Part shown: positions 13,147 through 24,971 of the stretch, piece after piece
Layout: every line of letters begins with the position of its first letter
Position numbering within the stretch: the stretch's first letter is position 1
Origin: Sarea resinae
Lineage: Eukaryota
DNA: 64,000 nt
Assembly (NCBI GenBank): GCA_026026165.1
Contig: JAPEUD010000001.1
Span: forward strand, 682,001 to 746,000
Direction: 5' to 3'
Made by a program: the position numbers and the translations under genes
The notes under the pieces: model-generated
Database searches by the model: none
Told to the model about the DNA's origin: nothing
What the model saw: the letters and a program-made list of their open reading frames with translations, nothing else

Positions 13147-15020
13147 ATGGTCAAGGTTGGCAGTAAGTGAACCGTCTAGGGAGCGCTATCTGCTGTTTTG
13201 ATCAGCCTCAGCTAATGCTGTGTCAGAACCAAAATCAAAGCGGACGCCAGTGCGCCTGCGCCACAAGATCGAGAAAGCGAGTGCTGCAAAACAGCGAAAG
13301 CAGCGCAAAGAAGCCAAGAATGTAAATCTTCCATTCGCCGTTTCGGCAGATCACCGGCTGACTTGAGCTGTAGAATCCCGAATGGCGCTCTCGCCTAAAG
13401 AAGGATCCTGGCATTCCGAATCTGTTTCCGTACAAAGACAAGCTACTTCACGAGATAGAAGAGAAGAAGAGATTGAAAGAAGAGGAAGTCGTCCGGAAGA
13501 AGGAAGAAGCGAGAGCGAGAAGACAAAAGGTCACTGATGGAGATGACGTGGATGAAGGGGTGATGAAGGAGGCAGACATCGCTGGAGAAGGCTTGGCTGA
13601 TGATGCGGAGGACGACATGATGGATGAAGTGAGTGCTCAACTCATTGCAATCTTCTTGGAGACTATCAGAACTAATTTTTTCTGCAAGGACGATTCCAAT
13701 CCAATGGCAGCACTCTTAGCATCAGCTAAAGCTCGTGCGGCTGAATATGCTCAAGATGGCGACGGAGACAGCGCCGATGAAATGGACGAGGACGACGAGG
13801 ATGAGTGGGATGGCCTTGGCTCAGGCGACGATGCAGATTCTGCACCCGTTGGACGAAAAGACTCCTCAAGAAGGGCCTTTGACAAAGTTTTCAAGCAAGT
13901 CGTCGAGGCCGCCGACGTCGTGCTCTACGTTCTGGATGCCCGCGACCCCGAAGGAACCAGATCCAAAGAGGTCGAGCGCATGGTCATGGCCGCCGAAGGA
14001 GGCAACAAGCGCCTCATCCTCATCCTCAACAAAATCGATCTCATCCCCCAGCCCGTCCTCAAAAGCTGGATGATTCATCTTCGACGCTACTTCCCCACCC
14101 TTCCTCTCCGTGCCTCCAACCCGGCTCCCAATGCCCACACCTTCAACCACAAACAACTCACCGTAAAAAGCACCTCGGAAACCCTGTTCAAAGCCCTAAA
14201 ATCCTACGCCCACTCCAAGCAGCTCAAGCGCTCCATCACCGTCGGCATCATCGGCTACCCCAATGTCGGCAAATCGTCCGTTATCAACGCCCTGACCTCA
14301 CGTCTGGGCGCGCGCGCCCCAGCGTGCCCTACGGGAGCCGAAGCGGGCGTCACCACCTCCCTGCGCGAAGTCAAACTCGACAACAAGCTCAAGCTGCTCG
14401 ACTCGCCCGGTATCGTCTTCCCAAGCGCCTCTACGCCAGGCGAAGCTAGCAGCAAGACGGACGAACAAGCCCGCCTCGTTCTGCTCAACGCCGTACCGCC
14501 TAGGCAAATCGACGACCCCTTACCAGCCGTCTCGCTCCTCCTCCGCCGCCTTTCCGCCTCGCCCGACCTCTTCGCCAAACTCCTCGCCGTCTACGGCCTC
14601 CCGCCCCTCATGACCGCGCCCAATGGCGACCCCACCACCGACTTCCTCGTGCAGGTCGCGCGCAAACGTGGCCGGCTTGGCAAGGGCGGCGTGCCCAATC
14701 TCAGCAGTGCGGCCATGACCGTCATCACGGATTGGCGGGACGGCCGTATCCAGGGCTGGGTCGACGCCCCGACGCTGCTGGTCGCCAACACCCCTGCTCC
14801 TGGTGCCACCCCGTCTGCGTCAGCGTCTGCGGCCGCTGCCACGTCTACTGCCACTGGCGGCGCTGCTGCTGCTGCGGTCGCAGATGGTGCCGTCGTGGGC
14901 GATCAGAAGGAGATTGTGAGTGAGTGGGCCAAGGAGTTCAAGTTGGAGGGTCTCTGGGGTGACGGCAATGCTGGCATCGGTGGTGGTGATGACGATGATG
15001 ACGAGTCTATGGCGACCTAG
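13147..15020 (+). CDS. NUG1: Nucleolar circularly permuted GTPase Nug1/Grn1 (GNL3-like). Exons 13147-13162, 13227-13321, 13374-13628, 13689-15020.
   Basis: Basic N-terminus KPKSKRTPVRLRHKIEK...LKKDPGIPNLFPYK. GTPase motifs occur in permuted order: G5 DARDP, G4 NKID, G1 GYPNVGKSS, G3 DSPG. Also RKRGRLGKGG. Confidence 0.95.
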
Positions 15021-15898
15021 TCTACATGTGTGTGTGGGTGTGGGTGTGTGCTTATGGAAGGGGAGGGGGGATATACGTGGTCTACCTTCTTTGACCAGAT
15101 CAGAATAGAAAGAGAAAGAGAAAAAAAAAAGGGTCAGGAGGACGGACTGGAAGGGTAGTCAGGTGATCGTGGGGGCCAAAAGTCCGTCTTTTCTCTTTTC
15201 TCATGAGGATCTTGAATTGACTATGGAAACTGTGGCGTTTTGAGGGCGTCGTTTGCCGATCTCATTGTTGATGTCGTCGTCGCGAATCACTTGTTCTTTA
15301 CAGCTCCCTTCATATATATATACATGCATACATACATGACCTTGATCTTGATCTTGATCTTCTCTGATGGGATGGGGACAGGATAAAGCATACATCTCGT
15401 GATCGTTACCAGCTCCATAACTACCCTCATCCCTCCCTACCTCCCTCCCTACCTCCCGTGACGCAATCCTGCAGCCTTTCTCCTCCTCCCTCTTTTCCTT
15501 CCTCTTCACCACCATGATCTTCATCGTCATCGTCATCTCAATAGGGGGGACCAGAGGTATATGCCGAGTGGATAGATAGAAAACAATGCCATACCGTACC
15601 ATACCACTTACTTACTGTACAAGATCATACCAAGAGCCCCTTTTGATGAAAATGAAACGGAACCGAATGAAACCGCCCTATCTCGTAGGTATAGGAAGGG
15701 AGGAAGGAAGGAGCCCAGGAAGGTGGACCTAGGAAGGTGGGGACACGGGAAGGTTGGAACCGAGCACACGAAAAGAAAAAAAGACGCCGATGGAGATGCA
15801 CCAGAGAAGTCACGCCCGAGGAGGAACAAGGGACACGGCCCCAGAAAACAACAAGGACACCAGCCCAAATAAAAAAAAAACAATTGAACAAATAAGAC

Positions 15899-18181
15899 TC
15901 AGGCCACGTCGCCGCCGCCGCCGCCATTCGTGGCCCCACCACCACCGGCACCGGCTTCAGCCCCCGTCGCTTTCTCCTGCTTCCACTTGTGCGCCATCAT
16001 GAGCAGTTTCGACACCTTGGCCGCGCTCTCGTCGTCGGCCGGGAACACATAGTCGAGGTATTCCTCGAAGCTGCCGTCGTCGACCTTGCGGCGCTTCTTG
16101 ACCTTGCGCGGGAGCTGCTTCTCGACGGCGGCGATGTCCGCGCTGCTGCCGTGCGTGTGCTCGAATGAGAGCCAGGCGTTGAGCAGGGAGACGCGCTGGG
16201 GGGTTTTGGACGTTAGTGGGTGGATGGCAAGGAGTGGTGTGGGGGATATGGGGTGCGGTGCGGTGTGGTGCGGATTTAAAGGGTAGCATGGAATGGGATG
16301 GGAAGGATGGGATAGGATGGGAAGGATAGGACATACCTCTTCTTTGAGCTCTTTCTCCTTCATGCTGGTATATGCGCGCTCGAAGATCTTCCGAGCCCGT
16401 TTCTTCGCCTCTTCGCTGACCGGCTTCTCCTGATCTTCCTCCTCTTCCTCCTCTTCCTCTCCCGGGTCGGGCGCGTTGATCTCGAAATGCGCGTAGCTGA
16501 TCCACACCTTGACATGATCCGTCTTCTCCAGCAGGCGCTCATACAACGCTCTCGTGCGCTCGAACTCGCCCTCCTCCTCCTCGAAATCGATATACGCCTT
16601 CCACAGCAACTCAGGCATATCGAGCGCCGGCTGGCCGACCGCCAATTCGAAGATGGCCCTCGCTCGATCCAGATCATCCAGGCCACGCTCCAACTCGGCG
16701 AACTTGATCCACGCCTGGCAGTTGGCCGGGTTCCACTCGATCTGCTTCTCGTACAGCGTGCGGCAGCGCACGAACTCGAACAGCTTGAGCTCCAGCTCGA
16801 TATAGCCCTTGAACAGCCGGTCCTTGGGACACATGCCGATGGCCTGGCCCAGCGTCTTCCGCGCGTTCTGGAGCTGCATCTGCCGGATCTCGAATTGGGC
16901 CTTCAGCAGCCAGATTTTGGCAAAGGTGAATTTCTTGTGCGGGATCAACTTGAGGCATTCTTGGTAGATCTGTCGTGCCCGTGTCACCTCCTTGCTCTCC
17001 ATCTCCTCCCACAGCGCGTAGAAGATCCAGAGGTAGATGTAGCGGCGCCAGTGGCGCTTTTCTTGCGACGGCGGGATCTGCGCAATGGCACGCTCGTAGA
17101 CGTCGCGAACGCGGTCGATGTCGCCGGATGTCTCCTCGAGACGGGCGTAGTCGAACCAGACATCGTAGTTTTTGGGGTTTTCCTTGATTTGCTCCTCGTA
17201 CTGGACGCGGCGTTTGGAGAGAATGACGTCTTCGACGCCTTCTCGGTCGCCGAATTGCTTCTCGAATGTCGTGTAGGCCTTGTGCAAGATCTTTGCCCTG
17301 GAACGCGGGAGTCGATCCAGAGCGTACTTGTAGATGGCTCGCGCACGCTCGTACTCCTTCAGCTTGGCCTCGTAACGCGCATAGGCGATGAAGAGCTTCT
17401 CTTCCATGAACTCGTCCCCGAGAGTCTCAATCGCCATGCCAAACACCTCTCGTACTAGGTCGCTCGTGCCGTTCTCTTCCTCGAATCGGGCCCATTTGAT
17501 CCAATTTTTCGGTTCGGGGTGGACGACGGTGAAGCGCTCGAAGATGGCCCTGGCTCTCCCAAACTCGCCATATCGCTTCTCCAACTTGATATATGCGCTC
17601 CATGCTGCTTCATCCGGCTCCCACGACATCCATCTCTCGAAGACCTGACGAGTTCCCGGGATGTTCCCTAGGGTCTCCTCCATATACACGTATTTGTACC
17701 ATAGCTTGTCCACCCGGGGAAGAATAGTCACGGCCCGGTCGAGAATATTGCGGGCATGGTTGATGTTCCTGCTTCGCATCTCCGCTTCCACATAACGAAT
17801 CCACAGGTTGACGGCAGTAGAGTCGACATCAAGGGCGCGCTCGAAGATAGATCGAGCTCTATACAAGCGTCAGCAGACTGTTTCGCCATAACTCGCCGGG
17901 TAGAGAACATACCTTTTGAACTCCTTTTGCTCAAGCTCCCACTGCGCATACCGCATCCAATTGTTCATGTTAATGCGGTTGCGCTGCACATAGTCCTCGA
18001 ACTCCTTCCTCTTCCGCCCCTGGAATTCATGGAGCTCCTCGAGATCGGCAAACCTCTGCGTCGGCGCCTGAAGGCCGGGTTCCTGACGATCGACGGCCTC
18101 CCGCAGCAGCTGCTCTGCGCTTATCTGGGTGGGAGCGGCGCTCTTGTTTTTGACCCTTGGAGGGCCGCGTGAGGACTCCAT
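15899..18181 (-). CDS. CLF1: Pre-mRNA splicing factor Clf1/Syf3 (crooked neck, HAT repeats). Exons 18181-17913, 17858-16337, 16195-15899.
   Basis: N-terminus [21 protein letters not shown]...RKRKEFED, then many HAT repeats ([32 protein letters not shown]) and a C-terminal DYVFPADD. Confidence 0.97.
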
Positions 18182-18577
18182 GATGGCTGACGGGAAGAAG
18201 CGTGAGCCTCTGATGCTATGGTAGTCCTAGCTAGAGAATGGGCCTCTCTCTTGGGATTCCTTCGTAAGGCTGAAGGGCCTGCAGAAGCCGTGATGTTTGG
18301 TGGTTGACGTGCAGGAAAGCAATGATATTGAATTTCTGGGTACAAGCTTGCGGTACTTGCGGCGAACAGACGGAGTCACGTGGCGTCAACTTTCAACGCC
18401 TCCTACTACGTATACTCGTAGTCGCTACGGCCAGAACCGACTCGACTCGACTTTCGTTCCAGACTTTCTGCTGCTGTTGCCTTTGACGATCACAGCCGTG
18501 GCCACTCAACTCGGCTGCACCCACTTCACCTCACCACACCTCACCTGCTATCCGCATCAATTACTCATCTTTCCAGC
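18182..18577. promoter_or_regulatory. Putative 396-bp bidirectional promoter shared by CLF1 and PRP31, with an E-box GTCACGTG at 18375-18382
   Basis: Start codons are head-to-head. A Cbf1-type RTCACGTG sits near the midpoint, and there is an inverted pair GTTGACG (18303-18309) / CGTCAAC (18384-18390). Confidence 0.6.
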
Positions 18578-20576
18578 ATGGCGACTCTTGCGGATGAGCT
18601 GCTGAACGATTTCGAAGACTCTGGCTCCGAGGGCGAGCGCGAACATGAGACCGGCTTTCTGCAAGATGATGGAACTTCAACGCCCAATCTGACTCTGACC
18701 AATGGCCAGCGGTCGCAGTCCACCGAGCAAGATGGTGGCATGGAGCTGGATGACGACGAAGATGCAATCGGCGACGAGGACGAAGAGATGGCCAGTGGCT
18801 CCAATTCCGCGGCTGCGACCCTGCAAGGCGCCGACGACGAGGAAGATGCCAAGGCCAAGGTCGAGAAGATGCAGCTTGGAGGCGTCGAGGATGTACGGAG
18901 CGTCGCTGGGTTGATGAAGACCCTGAAACCCGTTCTCGAGGTCAGTGCTTCTCCCCCTTCCTTGAAATGAAGTTTTGGAGTTTACATCTTGGCCGTTGAA
19001 TATTAGCCCTGACTCAATCTCCGCCGCCCTACAGAAAATCGAGCATTATCAATCTCTGCCTCCCGAGAAAAAGACAAGCAATACTGGCTCGATCGAAGAA
19101 AACCCTGAATACCGGCTCCTTACCCAGTCAAATTCCCTGTCCACGACCATCGACGCCGAGATCTTGCTGGTGCATAAGTTCATCCGGGACCACTACTCGA
19201 TACGCTTTCCAGAGCTGGAGACGCTCATCACTAATCCTCTGGACTATGCCAAGGCCGTCGCAATCATTCGCAATGGGCCCATGGACGACATCCGCAGCGT
19301 CGCCTCGTCAACCGATAACATGCTGGGCATGACCCTGCGAAGCGTACTGGACGGTCCAACTCTAATGGTTGTAACCGTTGAAGCCACAACAACGCGAGGC
19401 CGCGAAATGACCGAACCCGAACTCCAAAGAGTCCTCCGAGCCTGCGAAATGACACTCTCGCTCGACCGCGCCAAAAGAATCCTCACAGACTACGTGCAAT
19501 CGCGCATGAACCTCTTCGCGCCCAACCTCACCACCCTGATCGGTTCCTTAACGGCGGCACAACTCCTCAACTTCGCCGGCGGCCTCACGGGGCTCGCCAA
19601 AACCGCCGCCTGCAACCTACCCCCATTGGGGTCCAAGAAGCAATCCCAGACAGGCTTCGCCACGAACGTCGGCGTCCGCCAGCAGGGCTTCCTCTACCAC
19701 TCCCCCATCATCGCCGGCATCCCGGCAGACCTCAAGCGGCAAGCCATGCGCATCGTGTCGGCCAAAGTCGTCCTCGCCGCTCGCATCGACAGAGTCCACT
19801 CCAGCCCCGACGGCTCCCTTGGGCAAGATCTCAAACAAGCCTGTCTGGACCGTCTCGAGAAACTCACCGAACCGGCCCCGAACAAGGGCCCTCGCGCCCT
19901 GCCAGCACCCGATGACAAACCGGCCCGGAAACGTGGCGGGCGCCGCGCTCGTAAAGCGAAAGAAGCGCTGGCCGTGACGGACCTCCGCAAAGCGCAGAAC
20001 CGCATGGCGTTCGGCACCGAGGAGAAAGAAGTCGGCTACGGCACGGGAGAAGGCACCAAGGGCCTCGGGATGATCGGGCAGGCCAACGAGGGCCGCATCC
20101 GCAACCTCCAGATCGACCAGCGCACCAAGGCCAAACTCAGCAAGAGCAACAAGGGCTGGGGCGCCGCGACCCCGCTGTCTTCGGGCACGGCCTCGTCGCT
20201 ACGGGGCTTCGGCCAGGGCGCGGCCGGCAACTCGACCGTGCTTCGCGCCCACGGACTCCGCACCGCGGGCGTCGGATCGACGACAGGCGCTGGTGCGGGC
20301 ACGGCCAGTTCGCTTGCCTTTACGCCCGTGCAGGGCCTCGAGCTTGTGGATCCCAAGGCCATGGCCGAGATGAACCGGAAGAGGAAGGCCGAGGAGGACC
20401 GGTGGTTCAAGAGCGGCACCTTTACGCAGGTCGGCGGGGCTGCAGGTGCAGGAGCCGGAGGCGGGCCAGAGAAAGACGGATTCAAGGTCCCGGAGCTGCC
20501 GCGGAAGAAGGTCGATACCGGCGCTGCCAAGGCGGCTGGCCGTATGGCGCCCCCGCCCACGCCGGCTGCGAAGTAG
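18578..20576 (+). CDS. PRP31: U4/U6 snRNP protein Prp31 (Nop domain). Exons 18578-18940, 19035-20576.
   Basis: MATLADELLNDF start, NOSIC region HKFIRDHYSIRFPELETLI, Nop domain APNLTTLIG...AKVVLAARID, then KRGGRRARK, RKAQNRMAFG and SSLAFTPVQGLEL. Confidence 0.97.
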
Positions 20577-20859
20577 TTCCAGATTGTTTGTCTCTCTATT
20601 TGCTGGTCTTTTGTTGGAACGTGGCACTCGGTAGCGAGGGAGCGACAGGCTGGCGTTGTTCTTTTCCTCTTTTTGTCTCTGCCTCTCTGGCATGCGTGCA
20701 TGGATGCATAGATGTAGCCGGTCGGCGTATCAGGCGCTCCGTGGCTCTACTTGCTCATTCTTCATTTGCCTCTTCCCCCCCTTTATCTATCTAGCTATCT
20801 GTCGTCGAGCCGTCGTCGAGCTTACATATCACATTACTTTACTTGCCTCCTGCTATGGT

Positions 20860-21530
20860 ACGCCATACAGTGATACTCTATACCATGCTCTACCATGCTA
20901 TACCTCCTACTATACCTCCTACTATACCTCCTACTATACCTCCACTATACCTCCTCCTATCCTCTGCTATCCTATCCTCTACTATGCCATGATCTACCTC
21001 TTCCTATCCTCTGCTATCCTTGCCATACTATCCTCTGCTATCCAAGGTCATCCTCTACCATGCTATCCTCTGCCATGCCATGCCATGATATCAACACGAA
21101 TGTAAACCTCACCTCCACCTCCTCCTCCTCCTCCTCCTCCTCCTCCTCCTCCTCCTCCGATGATGCTGAAGATGATGATGATGATACTGATAATGATAAT
21201 GATGATAAAAGACTCGACTAACCTATAGGAAAGGAACCCTTGATTCTATATATCTCTCTCTTAGTCTTGCCCTCTTTCTCAGTCTCGCCCTCTCTTTCTC
21301 AGTCCACGCGTGTTCGTGAACCCTGTACCTGTATGTATGAGCACAATCGAGTAGAGTAGAGCAAAGTAGAGGAGAGCAAAGTAGAGGAGACGAGACGAGA
21401 GGAGACGAGAGTAGATAATTCCCAGGACCCAGGACCTAGGCTCGGTATCGGTCTCGGTCTCGGTCTCGGTATCGCTATCGCTATCGCTATCGCTATCCGC
21501 AGACAGGTAGACAGGCAGGTAGGCAATTAG
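20860..21530. repeat. Low-complexity block: 12-bp (TACTATACCTCC)n, (CCT)n, (GAT)n, (CTCGGT)n, (CTATCG)n
   Basis: Visible tandem runs at about 20897-20955, 21118-21158 and 21450-21495. Confidence 0.85.
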
Positions 21531-22511
21531 GCAGACAGGCGCGGGAGATTACCATCTTAGAAAAGGGGGCAAGACGGGCACATGTAGATAAGATAGATAA
21601 GAAAGACAAGGTACGCAAGAGATCCGAACTCTCTCGCTCTCTCTCTCCAGCCATCTCCATTTCTTCCTCGAGGTACCTATGGATGCATCTATCTACAATA
21701 AGAAAAGAAAAAGGAAAGAAGAAAAGGGAAAAGGCGATCCGCCCGGGTCCACTCCAACTCGGCGGTCCTATTTCCAGCCTTGCCTTGCCTTGCCTTCCCT
21801 TCGCTTCCTTTCCGATCCATCCATTCGTCCATCCATCATCCCAATGCCCTCTTCTAAAGACGTAGATGCAATATGCAAGAGTGACGGATGCCAATGCGAA
21901 GCCGAATAACATCCCCAAAAAGGTCCCATCCGAATAAAAACAAGAAAATGTAGAGAAAAGTATCCAACAACGAAGGAAAAAATTGGAAACTCCGAGAGAA
22001 GAAGATTAGCGCGCGGGGCGAGATCAACGCCCAAGTGCGATAGATGGGATAGGACGGCGGTCAACGACAGCGGGAAAAGGGAAAGCAAGGCGCTTCGAAG
22101 CAACGAGCGAGACAACAAGAGGTTGGGAGGGCGGGGAGGTGAGAGAAGGCGGGAGAGTGGCAGGAGAGAGAAATGGATACAAAGAAAGCAAAGAGAAGCA
22201 ACCGAATTGCTTTCTTCTGGAGCGCCGAGGCAGTCGGACAGATGGTAGGCCCGCAGTTTAGATATCTGAGAGGGGCATTGGATGGGACGGGATAGGAGGA
22301 CATGACTCGCGAGATGGGGGAATATAAAACGTGGCAGCAATAGAAAAGATTCAGACCAGCTAGCTCCATGAAGAGAAAAACAGGCAGAGTAGGGGAAATG
22401 ATGCCAGAAACGAACGCTCGTAGATGCTCCGTGACGATGTAGTAGTGGTATCCGTAATTGCAATAGCGAACGAATTGATGATATACTTTGGCCCCTTGCA
22501 TGGTGACCAGA

Positions 22512-24971
22512 TCAGTCCCTCGAACCACCCAGATTCAACCAACTCATGTCCGACTCCCTCGTATCCCTCGCGCCATAGTCAGCCAACGCGATAGCTCCAA
22601 CGCCCATACCACCACTAGCAGAGCCGACGTTGCTACTGCTGCTATTATGGCTATTCGCGCCCCCGGGCAGCGGCGTGACCCGCCCTCCTTGCGGCTGGCC
22701 ACCAGGATATGGGAACCGCGTCAGAGTTGTCGACGAGCTATCTCTCTGCTGCTGCTGCTGTTGCAGCTGTTGATGGTGCGAAGACACCAAAGTCGGGGGA
22801 GCAAGCATGTTATTGGACGTATTCGGCGTGACGTTCGATTGCCGTGGCAGGTTCATGATATCGTAGCTGCTCTCCGTGTAGACGGAGCTCGTAGCTCTAT
22901 CACCGTTACTACTGGTCCTCCACTCAAGCGGCTGGATTGGGGTCCAGGAATGCACTTCCTCCTGCACGGAAGCGGGTACCCCGCTGGAAAACGCGTCCGG
23001 ATCGTCAATGGATGAGATATCAGATATGCTGTCAGCGGAACCTGGCCGCGATAGCTGCGCCGTAAGACCATCACTGACGGCCAGGCCAGCACCCTTGAAG
23101 TCTGTCGGCGAGTGGCCTATCGTAGGGCTGCCTCTCGACACCTCACTGAGATGGTCCTGACCGGAGCTGAAGCGGCCAAAGTTGAAGCGTGGCACCGCTT
23201 CGTCGCTGTTCGGCGTCACGATTGATGGCCGTTGAGGTCGTATTGGCCCCCTTGCATGATGAGAGTCGGTTAATTGCGACTGCGAGCCTTGGCTCGAATG
23301 TGATCCGTAGCTGTGTATGGAGCGACGCGACGGCTCCAAGGTGGCCAGATTGGTCGCGCTGTTGCCCGCAAAGTATTTACTCCATCCCGAGCTACGCGAT
23401 CTGCTGAGGGGATTTGTTCGAGGCTGAGCTGATCCGGCAGCGAAGTTAACACCTCTCCCCCGCTCCGGGGTTGAAGGATCCTTCTGCTTGAAGAGTGCCG
23501 CCTTCGCTCCACCGCTGCCTTTACCGAAGAGCTCTCTCTTGTGGCCGTCTGCTGCGCGGCCGGATATGATGGCCATGGATGTCTGAGACGCCATCGAGTC
23601 CATCTTGACGTGCGAGTACGATGGTGCTCCCTGTTCTCCACTCATGAAGCTCACCCCACGATCTACAAAGCTCATTCGATCCTTTTCGTCGCCGGCGGCT
23701 TGGTCGGTTCCGGGTCGGTTTTTATTGCGTTTCCATTTGATAAACAACAGAGCTATGATGCACAGGAGAGCAACGCCAAGAAGACTGCCAAGGACTGCAC
23801 CAAGGATCGTCAAGTCTTTTGATCGGGAAGTGTGATGGGAAGTGCCAATGGCCGCGGTGGTTGTTGTTGCTGTTGGAGACGTCGTCGAGGTGGGCGTTGT
23901 GGAAGAGCTCGGCGTAGCTGATGCATCGTGGACGTTAGTGTGATCATCGCCGCCGAATAGCTGATTCGCATCAACCCATGAGTTTTGTCGCTGGTTGAAG
24001 ATGCATATCGGATCTTGGTCATCGCCTCCAGAGATGACCGCGAGACCATTGTCGCCCTGAGCCAAAGAGAAGCCTGTTCGGGTAGCCGTTGGTGCGAGCG
24101 TGTTGTTGTAGGCAGGCCAGTCCTTCAACGTCAGGTCCCTCCTTCGTCGCTTTGCCGGACTCGGGCTTGGCGAGCTCGATGACGAAGCGGTCGAGCTGCC
24201 CACGGTCTGCCCCGAGGACGCGGGCTGGCCGTTGGCACCCAGCAGAGCGACTCGTGAGACCGCATTGGGCGACACCGACATGTCATATGTCTCGAGGACT
24301 TTGCTACCGTCGTCTCCTGTGACCAAGGTGCACTGCGCCTTGCTATCGTCCGGGAGGGCTTGTTGAAGGGTCACGTTAAGATCTTTCCAGCCGGCGGCCG
24401 GGTCGAAAGTGAAAACCTCGGTATTTTGGCTTCCGCCTCCAACCATGACGGCGCTACTACTGTTCCAAGGCATGAGGAGCGGTGCTACCGCGGGTGGGGC
24501 GTCGGAATTGAAGGCGTCGACACTATACGGAGAGTTGGTCGAGATGACGAAAGTCTGCGAAGAGGGTCCGTCGTCTCCATTTTGGGATCCGGCATAGACC
24601 AATATCGAGGAAGAGTCGTTCAGATAGACGGCCGCATGATTTTGCCGATTCTTCGTGACTTGGACCAGCGGTGTGATGGTTTCCCACGTCTTGTCCGAGA
24701 AAGAGTATCGTTGAAGTCCGGGATAGTTGCTTTGGGATGCATTGGCCGCACCGCCAACGACGTACATGGCCGCTCCACCGCCGCCATTGGGAGGTGCCGC
24801 CAAGACACAGCTTGCCCCCGTCGTCGAGACGCCCATCGGTATCTGTGCCCATTGCCCGCCTTCTTGCAGGGGAATGGATTGAAAGGCGTCTGGCGAATAT
24901 ACATAAAGAACGTTGTCGTTGATGACCGAACAGTGACCGCTCAAGGCCACGGGCGGCTTCGGGGGCGACAT
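22512..24971 (-). CDS. Intronless 819-aa single-pass membrane protein: kelch/galactose-oxidase-like beta-rich N-domain, S/T stalk, one TM helix, long disordered tail
   Basis: Kelch-like segments (GHCSVIND..LYVY, MYVVGG, HAAVYL..ILVYAG, VMVGGG, VISGG), a T-rich stalk, and TM LTILGAVLGSLLGVALLCIIALLFI followed by KWKRNK. Confidence 0.85.
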   Translation of the reverse strand: MSPPKPPVALSGHCSVINDNVLYVYSPDAFQSIPLQEGGQWAQIPMGVSTTGASCVLAAPPNGGGGAAMYVVGGAANASQSNYPGLQRYSFSDKTWETITPLVQVTKNRQNHAAVYLNDSSSILVYAGSQNGDDGPSSQTFVISTNSPYSVDAFNSDAPPAVAPLLMPWNSSSAVMVGGGSQNTEVFTFDPAAGWKDLNVTLQQALPDDSKAQCTLVTGDDGSKVLETYDMSVSPNAVSRVALLGANGQPASSGQTVGSSTASSSSSPSPSPAKRRRRDLTLKDWPAYNNTLAPTATRTGFSLAQGDNGLAVISGGDDQDPICIFNQRQNSWVDANQLFGGDDHTNVHDASATPSSSTTPTSTTSPTATTTTAAIGTSHHTSRSKDLTILGAVLGSLLGVALLCIIALLFIKWKRNKNRPGTDQAAGDEKDRMSFVDRGVSFMSGEQGAPSYSHVKMDSMASQTSMAIISGRAADGHKRELFGKGSGGAKAALFKQKDPSTPERGRGVNFAAGSAQPRTNPLSRSRSSGWSKYFAGNSATNLATLEPSRRSIHSYGSHSSQGSQSQLTDSHHARGPIRPQRPSIVTPNSDEAVPRFNFGRFSSGQDHLSEVSRGSPTIGHSPTDFKGAGLAVSDGLTAQLSRPGSADSISDISSIDDPDAFSSGVPASVQEEVHSWTPIQPLEWRTSSNGDRATSSVYTESSYDIMNLPRQSNVTPNTSNNMLAPPTLVSSHHQQLQQQQQQRDSSSTTLTRFPYPGGQPQGGRVTPLPGGANSHNSSSSNVGSASGGMGVGAIALADYGARDTRESDMSWLNLGGSRD

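Noticed and set aside
16487..17458. 323-aa ORF antisense to CLF1
   Set aside because: A shadow ORF expected from the high GC3 of the real gene.
20656..22528. Several 100-230 aa ORFs between PRP31 and the kelch gene
   Set aside because: Low-complexity 3' UTR or spacer sequence; the translations follow the repeats.
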